DNA of 64,000 nucleotides from Pyrobaculum sp. (GTDB lineage: Archaea > Thermoproteota > Thermoprotei > Thermoproteales > Thermoproteaceae), in NCBI GenBank assembly GCA_046293555.1, contig JBKBOT010000007.1:1-64000 (forward strand). The letters run 5' to 3'. Both the position numbers and the translations under genes were made by a program. Shown one piece after another: positions 59,501 to 64,000 of this stretch (positions within the stretch are counted from its first letter, which is position 1; each line of letters begins with the position of its first letter). A model generated the notes under the pieces. It saw nothing but the letters and a program-made list of their open reading frames with translations, had not been told where the DNA came from and did no database searches.

Positions 59501-61411
59501 GCGGTTGTACATACCACAAACGACGGGAGGCTAAGATACCCGCTGCCTAAGATAGACAACGCGGTTGTTAGAGTCTCGTGGTTTAACGGCTACCTCCGTG
59601 AGCTGCTTGGACACGGGCCTCAGTACACCATCTGGATATACGACAGCGCTATTAGCAGAGATGTCACCGAGCTGGGTGACGCCACTAGTGTGCCTAAGAT
59701 CAGGACTTATGTCTATCCGCTGACTGTAACTGTAAGTGACCCCGCCGGGAGGCCGCTGGCGGGCCTACGTGTAAAGGTGTATGACAGCTCGACTGGCGGC
59801 CAGCTGGTGTCTGCAATGGGTACTACAGGTACGGACGGCTCGATGCAGGTAGTTGACTTGCGGGTATCTAAGTACCCCACCGGCGTGATCTCGCAGGTGC
59901 CACCCACGTCATATACCTACGAGGTGTACTACAAGCTTGACGATGTTTGGGTGATTGGGGCTAACGGCACTTATGAAATACAGCGTGGCGCCAGTGTGCC
60001 AGCCGCTGGCTTCAACCTGGAGGTGAAGTTGTCTACAGTGACTGAAATACCGGTGACAAACGCTGGGACTAAGGGCTATATACTGTTTAAGAACGTCAAG
60101 ACGCTCGATGGCGTAAAGGACATCACAGTGCCCTTCACAATCCGTAATAACGTCATGAAGCTAGAAAAGGAGGTGCCTAGCTTTGCTTACGATGTTGAGG
60201 TGTATGTAACTCACGTGACTGTAGGCGGCGTTGAGTTCCCGGTGGCTGGGGGCAAGCGGCTTGTGTGGAGTGGCAAATTTGACGACCTCGCAGCCAGAGG
60301 CCTTGACTTTGCCGAACTTGGCGTTACCGCCAGGGTGAAGCTATATGCAAAAGATGGCGCTGGCGCAGTGAGGCCAGACTGGACTATTACGGTGAAGTTA
60401 GGAGATGCCACAGTCGCCACAGGTAAGGGCGAGATAGATGTGGTGCTGCCCAGAACTGACGTAATTGGCAAGGACTATACAGTGACTGTGGTGACGACAG
60501 CCAGGAGGGCTGACGGCACAGTTGTCACAGTGACGCGGTCTCTTGCAGTTGTCAAGAGTAGCGTGGAGGAGTCTATACCTGTGGAGACCATAAAGGTGAC
60601 TGTTCGCGTAGTTGACGGCTTTGGCGTAGTGCGTGCCGACTGGCCTGTAGAGGTAGATAAGGTGGAGAGCGGCAGTGGGCAGATTACTGTAGAGCTAGTA
60701 AAGGGCGAGAAGTATGTCGCCAGGGCCACAGGTCTGGGGAGGACAGAGAAGGTAGAGTTTACTGCAGACGTGACCACAGTCGACGTGAGGATACCCACCG
60801 CCAAGATTATCGCCCAAGTTGTTGACGGCTTTGGCGCGGTGCGCGACTGGCCCGTGGAGGTGTCTGGCCCAACTCCTGGCAGCGGCCGCGGGTCTGTAGA
60901 AATGGAGGTGCTGGCTGGCAGCTATACTGTCAAGACGGCTGCCTTTGGCAAGGAGTTTACAGCATCTGCCGACGTGAAGGTTGGCGAGGTGAAATCCATC
61001 ACTGTGAAGGTGCCTACCGCCAAGCTGAGTGTGAGGGCTGTGGACGACGAGCGTAAGCCGCTTGACATATATGTCACCGCCGTGGAGATCTCCGGCCCCG
61101 TGAGGCTGCAGTTCGCCAAGCCGCCTGAGGCTGTGGAGGTGCTGGAGGGTAGCTATACCGTCACGGTGTCTGCACTTGGCAAGCAGGCCTCTGCGTCTAT
61201 CACGCTTGCCTCTGGCGCCGTGCAGACGTTAGAGGTCGTGGTGCCGGGCACCGCCGGGCTTGACTTCTTTGGCACGAGGATTCCGCTGCCCACCTTGGTG
61301 CTATATGGCCTGTTGTTACTTGTGATAATTATAATATTGGCGATATTGATTATTGAGTATAACAACTGGAGGAGGAGGCGGTTGATGCAAATATTGGCGC
61401 CGCCGAAGTAA
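53510..61411 (+). CDS. 2633-aa cell-surface, probable S-layer glycoprotein
   Basis: Signal peptide, beta-rich sequence, dense sequons, C-terminal Ig-like repeats, TM helix followed by WRRRR. Confidence 0.85.
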   Translation: MHNPTKTLLLLTILALTAVAYAQSQGPGVGVPVGIDILMQINDARGAPTGYELCTPWPKGLNHTRPYSFAAGKNFTLIIREIATDRKYPDAFRDLRISAVANGTGFVRFSYTTTGIDPTKATKWYVAIVVEWPAKGYYFLVYNETFDQISLLDLQYRLSGNPEGSGVEFRTGPWGVLTLKHGSGNFGNLSSSVIHTFYVGVDTLGKQYDLTFTRTVTIAGKTFTLDDAVAPRKGPTDYVKGIDPRVTAVFGPFTYLGTYITSFGDPGKANIQVDNTKVKLNHYIHVTIEGYRAVIIQSENKIFTTDTVAPNLRHFAITLNMTTTKRAMSCGLIIWNITAYTFKVTGLYDLKGNPIFNPEAFRFKLQARVGDRWLTLDRVQGAWRTDIPSVVSVIMEVCGFDSANDITPANLLQCYRNLGKEGFANAVFSLYEPVVLTRLASVKLVDDGTPEVSPQGFPTKLVVEYVYYEGSNVVNALVLEAPLAAAVNYEGRLTVSILPIQIKLWRWGNATLPLGERQYFYTDPLDLASLKFVAQGDTMYVAKVGTEAVSLDPWTGQAVWVLPPYQLVPGLVGNVKATLLVGFNASGYLPMPTLVANLTDDGKIKYFNETDVAENSNFFAKYNIALRSSYEYGFRIYKDDALVGTANLIAYYPIVNQSGFIFHIYANKTLEAKYGEKERKDMYNLVVVTPGRFYDREHVLHIAIIRVLQNILIKDACGNPLTGIRAGAFLTLTINMNGRNLTIARLPLGSEVPVDVAIPIDEWGNPLMDIKGGYITATGVVSYFGYELYAVDDPKKIPASAPAPIRIPIRPVGAVAKPEIYIPVAAVTFFVEGFAVSVDYDPSIGGLMGFVVSVSSVKTKEEIARGISNKDGLVYIPGVPVGKNVSITIRTIDPGKDRRYSYTFEQRERDNSYDKYAKALGRTPADNVYTLGTRGAIDSGLVVNTTILAVGVDQICGKKNVPLGVVVYDLVVRVYDKTGKYLLRSQPVYFGPYPQATRAVLLNVTLLLADTTYPDATLWRDYNVRDYYVLTDFRAMGITAMKSIYRSLAERYLSEAKKAAKCGAVGTPDYAAAINAYALASMAGFVAETSTDHFNAEFLLRSRQPKSFGLNLCEMTVDQLATAETARLFLKGQRLRFVVWYMGQKVYDDYVTITGPEVRIFTDVYPVNITAYTKSLRLPVDAFVGFTLTDVYLGLALNKTNSIFANKTLVPQLLMPFDAMYKNYGLEHLLKDALAKTTALYNVNVTTPTGPVYYGSYVPINFGGDFAYLPNIMVWRNATQAVYQYTVVTNITTTVTEPIESCTDMPTSGRFSVPALGNITITLNGTYIEVLSFSNKTYAVIIAHGNKTMWASMKVNGTVLVNDTIVGTIKPVYANKSITLTIKTAVDGSIAMQSDDPTKLIIKVYAGSEKARINYIATNMSCIEISKVVTVSPGREYAVTFDRWLLAPGGQLYHAFGMVNREDVLGVLTHAGARRCATQVGVVEHEEDDEYVYRLTLKGVEVANFRTLFVRLPWRIAGDGKALVNITAAFRNNGTRIDSVVYNLTEILAGVRANEVNVTLSLNFGKVAAKAYDIARTGAEVEYTIRFYMYRPTAGPMSVCAITLVPLGANYTKVSMYECERPVAPGLPERIDPEDVIYALDPALSNQYGFNKTFDTYAGFGTPITYVVKSGDVALLPAWYGKTSVAGSRIARVWIIAANKEPSKGPALGTEYEVRNVSDYKGKVTLPVYKFYKYLVVNYVPNICKDGWVSRTFLDEFDGSGRITGVGFGTSGTSTLVISNYTRAKMWNSTAMWLAGGRFKLPTVALDALTVKNDADFPIYVTSLFVQFRDWKYEVPMDAVRVDAKTTVERSPLKGYGFGRTYMFNITDVWAFRLVQPNYKYGLKVYHGGVVDALRHFGLPVGDILKKLTPLTAEAFVQNVLYASHAEETRWTYRILYGKIEEITRGMWNDLRVDANDTDYKYVFSMPTLPLVEVRDWNDRPLANQTVALFDRQGNVYAVVHTTNDGRLRYPLPKIDNAVVRVSWFNGYLRELLGHGPQYTIWIYDSAISRDVTELGDATSVPKIRTYVYPLTVTVSDPAGRPLAGLRVKVYDSSTGGQLVSAMGTTGTDGSMQVVDLRVSKYPTGVISQVPPTSYTYEVYYKLDDVWVIGANGTYEIQRGASVPAAGFNLEVKLSTVTEIPVTNAGTKGYILFKNVKTLDGVKDITVPFTIRNNVMKLEKEVPSFAYDVEVYVTHVTVGGVEFPVAGGKRLVWSGKFDDLAARGLDFAELGVTARVKLYAKDGAGAVRPDWTITVKLGDATVATGKGEIDVVLPRTDVIGKDYTVTVVTTARRADGTVVTVTRSLAVVKSSVEESIPVETIKVTVRVVDGFGVVRADWPVEVDKVESGSGQITVELVKGEKYVARATGLGRTEKVEFTADVTTVDVRIPTAKIIAQVVDGFGAVRDWPVEVSGPTPGSGRGSVEMEVLAGSYTVKTAAFGKEFTASADVKVGEVKSITVKVPTAKLSVRAVDDERKPLDIYVTAVEISGPVRLQFAKPPEAVEVLEGSYTVTVSALGKQASASITLASGAVQTLEVVVPGTAGLDFFGTRIPLPTLVLYGLLLLVIIIILAILIIEYNNWRRRRLMQILAPPK
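60340..61250 (+). repeat. About four degenerate ~70-85-aa Ig-like repeats in the S-layer-like stalk
   Basis: AKDGAGAVRPDW / VVDGFGVVRADWPVEV / VVDGFGAVRDWPVEV / AVDDERKPLD; gttgacggctttggcg at 60611 and 60821. Confidence 0.75.
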
Positions 61412-61415
61412 ATAA

Positions 61416-61444
61416 CTTTTTTAAACCCCTCCTTTTTTCTCTTT
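61416..61444 (+). terminator. T-tract terminator candidate
   Basis: T7 and T6 runs just after the stop of the 2633-aa gene. Confidence 0.55.
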
Positions 61445-62026
61445 GTGTTTGGCCTCACTCTTATCTCTTACGTCAGGTCTGCCATGGTGAATAAGCTCCG
61501 GGGCCTCCCGGTCCCCGAGGAACATCCCGACCTATCCCACATTAGGGCTGGCGTCTTTATTTCCCTTGAGGCTTTGGTGAGATCTGGCTCTCTTGAGCGT
61601 AGAGAGCTCCGAGGCTCTCTCGGCGTGTTGACCCCATACCGCAATCTGGCGTACGATTCGGCCAAAATTGCCGCAAAGCTTGTCACCTCTATCCCCAGGT
61701 TTAACGAGCTGGATTTACGTAGGTCTGTTGTAGAGGTGACTCTTGTGGAGGGGCTGGCGAGGTGGGATGGGTCGCTTGAGGGTTTTGTCTGGGGGCGTGA
61801 TGGGGTTTACGCAGAGGCTGGGGGGAGGGGCCTGGTGGTGCTTCCCCAGACTATGGTGGAGAGACATGTTTTTGGCTCCGCCCTCTTGAGGTATGTAGAG
61901 TCTGCCGTCGGGCCGCCGGAGAGGCTTTTCAAGTTTTCCACAAGGATTTTCTACGAGGTGAGGCCCATGGGGGAGGTGGTGGAGAGAGAGTTGTGGAAAA
62001 ACCGCCTACTTAAAAATATACATTAA
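61445..62026 (+). CDS. Divergent AMMECR1-domain protein
   Basis: GVFISL, LRGSLG (Cys replaced), PRF, VEVTL, VLPQ. Confidence 0.8.
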   Translation: MFGLTLISYVRSAMVNKLRGLPVPEEHPDLSHIRAGVFISLEALVRSGSLERRELRGSLGVLTPYRNLAYDSAKIAAKLVTSIPRFNELDLRRSVVEVTLVEGLARWDGSLEGFVWGRDGVYAEAGGRGLVVLPQTMVERHVFGSALLRYVESAVGPPERLFKFSTRIFYEVRPMGEVVERELWKNRLLKNIH

Positions 62027-62055
62027 CTTTATATACCACTGCACCCAATTTGGCA

Positions 62056-62748
62056 ATGTATGTTGAGCTATTTGTGGTGGCTGGCCAGAATGTGGAGGTT
62101 GAGGCTGGCCTCAAGAAGGCTGTAGAGGAGCTGCGGGCTGCCGTCAAGAGGCCCGACAAGGTGCGTCTCGCCACTGTGAAGATTAGGCCAGACGCCGTGG
62201 AGCAGGTGTTGAAGCTTGTAGGTGACCCTATAGAGAAGGTGCCGCCTCACTACAGGTCTCTAGTAAACATGTTGAAAAAATATGGTATTTCTAAATTCCC
62301 GGCGGTTGTGGTAGATGGCGTCAAGGTGGGAGAGGGCGAGATAGATCTCGACAAGATTTTAAGAGTTGTAAACGAACAGGCGCGGAAGGAGTTTCCAGAA
62401 CTAGCCGAGGTCGCCCCACCCCCACTGCCTCAACCACCCCCTCCACCCCCTTCGCCACTCCCCACACCTCTGCCGCCTGCCGAGCCCCCGCCTAAGCCAG
62501 CTGTAGAGGAGATCAGACCCCTGGAGGAGAGCCGCCTCCCCCCTCCCCCGCCCTCTCCGCCGGGGGCTAGGGTGGAGGCTAGGCCTATTACTGCCGTTGT
62601 GAGGCTGGTGTTGGGGAGGCCTGAGGACTGTAGGGAGTGTGCCTATTTTGGCTCCTTGACTTCGCGGTGTTTTCTATTTGGCTTTTCTGTGGCTGACCCC
62701 GCCTCGCCGCCCTGTAGGCAGTATGTTAGAAGTAGAGATAAAGTTTAG
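62056..62748 (+). CDS. Thioredoxin-like domain, poly-Pro linker and Cys4 domain protein
   Basis: KYGISKFPAVVVDG; PPPLPQPPPPP; CREC...C...C. Confidence 0.75.
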   Translation: MYVELFVVAGQNVEVEAGLKKAVEELRAAVKRPDKVRLATVKIRPDAVEQVLKLVGDPIEKVPPHYRSLVNMLKKYGISKFPAVVVDGVKVGEGEIDLDKILRVVNEQARKEFPELAEVAPPPLPQPPPPPPSPLPTPLPPAEPPPKPAVEEIRPLEESRLPPPPPSPPGARVEARPITAVVRLVLGRPEDCRECAYFGSLTSRCFLFGFSVADPASPPCRQYVRSRDKV

Positions 62749-63250
62749 GGCTGTCGATGGCGTTGAGGATAGGCTGAGGGGGTTGGGTTTTTCTTTTTCT
62801 GGCGAGAGAGAGGAGGTGGATATATACTTCCAGCACCCCTGTAGGGATTTCTCTCTTACTGACGAGGCCCTTAGGGTCAGGCTTGTAGACAGCGGCGTGG
62901 AGGTTACCTACAAGGGGCCTAGGTCTGGCCGTGGCGCCAAGACCCGTTGGGAGGCCTCCACCCGCGCCGGCTTGGAGGTTTTGGAGATATTGCGCCGCCT
63001 GGGGTTTGTGGAGGTGGCTAGAGTTAGGAAGCGGCGTAGGTATTTCGAGAGGGGGTCTCTCTCCGTGTCTCTAGACTGGGTGGAGGGGTTGGGACAGTTT
63101 GTGGAAGTGGAGGCCGTGGTGGAGAGATTTGAGGACGTGGGGGAGGCGGTGGAGGCGGTGAGGGAGGTGGCGAGGTCGTTAGGCCTCGTCGAGGAGGTTA
63201 GGGAGACCTATCTGGAGCTGGTGCTCAAGACTTTTAAATCTGGGGGGTAG
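62723..63250 (+). CDS. cyaB: CYTH-family protein (class IV adenylate cyclase-like)
   Basis: [33 protein letters not shown]; start moved to MLEVEIK. Confidence 0.9.
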   Translation: MLEVEIKFRAVDGVEDRLRGLGFSFSGEREEVDIYFQHPCRDFSLTDEALRVRLVDSGVEVTYKGPRSGRGAKTRWEASTRAGLEVLEILRRLGFVEVARVRKRRRYFERGSLSVSLDWVEGLGQFVEVEAVVERFEDVGEAVEAVREVARSLGLVEEVRETYLELVLKTFKSGG

Positions 63251-63257
63251 GCCTGTC

Positions 63258-64000
63258 GTGGAGTTTTTAGAGCTGGCCAGGGCGTTGGGGGCTATTGAGT
63301 CCACCACCCAGAGGACCACAATTGTTAAGCTCCTGGCGGCGCTCCTCAAGAGGGCTGAGGTGGGGGAGGTGGACAAGGTGATATATTTCATCTTGGGCGA
63401 CTTGAAGCCCCCCTGGGAGGGGGTGGAGCTGGGGGTCGCCGAGAAGCTTTGTCTCAAGGCTTTGGCCAAGGCCGCCGGCTTGTCGGTAACGGAGCTGGAG
63501 GGGTGGTACAAAAGGGCGGGAGACGTGGGGGAGGCCGCCAGGAGGGCTCTCTCCTCCAGGAGGGCGGCCCCCCTCTCTTTTGGCCAACAGAAGCCGCTGG
63601 AGGTCTCTGAGGTGTATGACGTCTTGCTGAAAGTCGCCCAGGCCGCCGGCGAGGGGGCGCAGGACCTTAAGATCTCCCTACTGGCCTCCCTGTTTGCCAA
63701 GTCGACGCCGGAGGAGGGGAAGTACATCGCCAGGTTTGTAGTGGGTAAGCTCAGGCTGGGGGTGGCAGATATGACCATCCTCGAGGCGTTATCTACTGCC
63801 TTTGGGGTAGATAGGGGGGCGTTAGAGAGGGCCTACCACCTCTTTCCGGACTTGGGGAGGCTGGCTAGACATGTGGCCGCGGGGAGGCCTCTGGAGGAGA
63901 TAAAAATCACGCCTGGGGTGCCGGTCCTCCCCATGTTGGCACAGAGGCTCTCCTCGGCGTCTGAGATCTTGGCGAGACTTGGGGGGGCGGCCATATGTGA
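63258..64000 (+). CDS. lig: ATP-dependent DNA ligase (3'-truncated; not in ORF track)
   Basis: Hand translation [10 protein letters not shown]...ELGVAEKL...LRLGVAD...PDLGRLA...[10 protein letters not shown]...AIC, open to the window end. Confidence 0.95.
   Translation, partial: MEFLELARALGAIESTTQRTTIVKLLAALLKRAEVGEVDKVIYFILGDLKPPWEGVELGVAEKLCLKALAKAAGLSVTELEGWYKRAGDVGEAARRALSSRRAAPLSFGQQKPLEVSEVYDVLLKVAQAAGEGAQDLKISLLASLFAKSTPEEGKYIARFVVGKLRLGVADMTILEALSTAFGVDRGALERAYHLFPDLGRLARHVAAGRPLEEIKITPGVPVLPMLAQRLSSASEILARLGGAAIC

Overview
Gene-dense core-genome segment of a hyperthermophilic crenarchaeon, almost certainly a Pyrobaculum (Thermoproteales). It carries replication genes (rfcS partial, rfcL, cdc6, lig partial), a split A-type ATP synthase cluster, pyrF/pyrB, a TadC/VirB11-like secretion pair, and the tgtA-PAC2-tfe-hflX-mbf1-PUA-endA beta-SmAP1-rpl37e neighbourhood. 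Further right are glyA, a tandem moaC, fni, rpl2, rps17e, psmB, eno, moaA, a kinase with an ArnA-like ZnF-FHA partner, rps2, aCPSF1, cysS and three large surface proteins, including a 2633-aa S-layer-like protein. Reading the intergenic DNA adds features the ORF track misses: five box C/D sRNA candidates (two abutting tail-to-tail), a promoter-bearing ~142-nt structured RNA candidate next to cysS, a 52-aa ORF between atpD and atpK, rpl37e, and a palindromic operator candidate at moaA. There is also a low-GC, Cys-flanked cassette inside the S-layer-like gene. I saw no tRNA, rRNA, CRISPR array or transposase. Family calls come from motif recognition by eye, not database searches.
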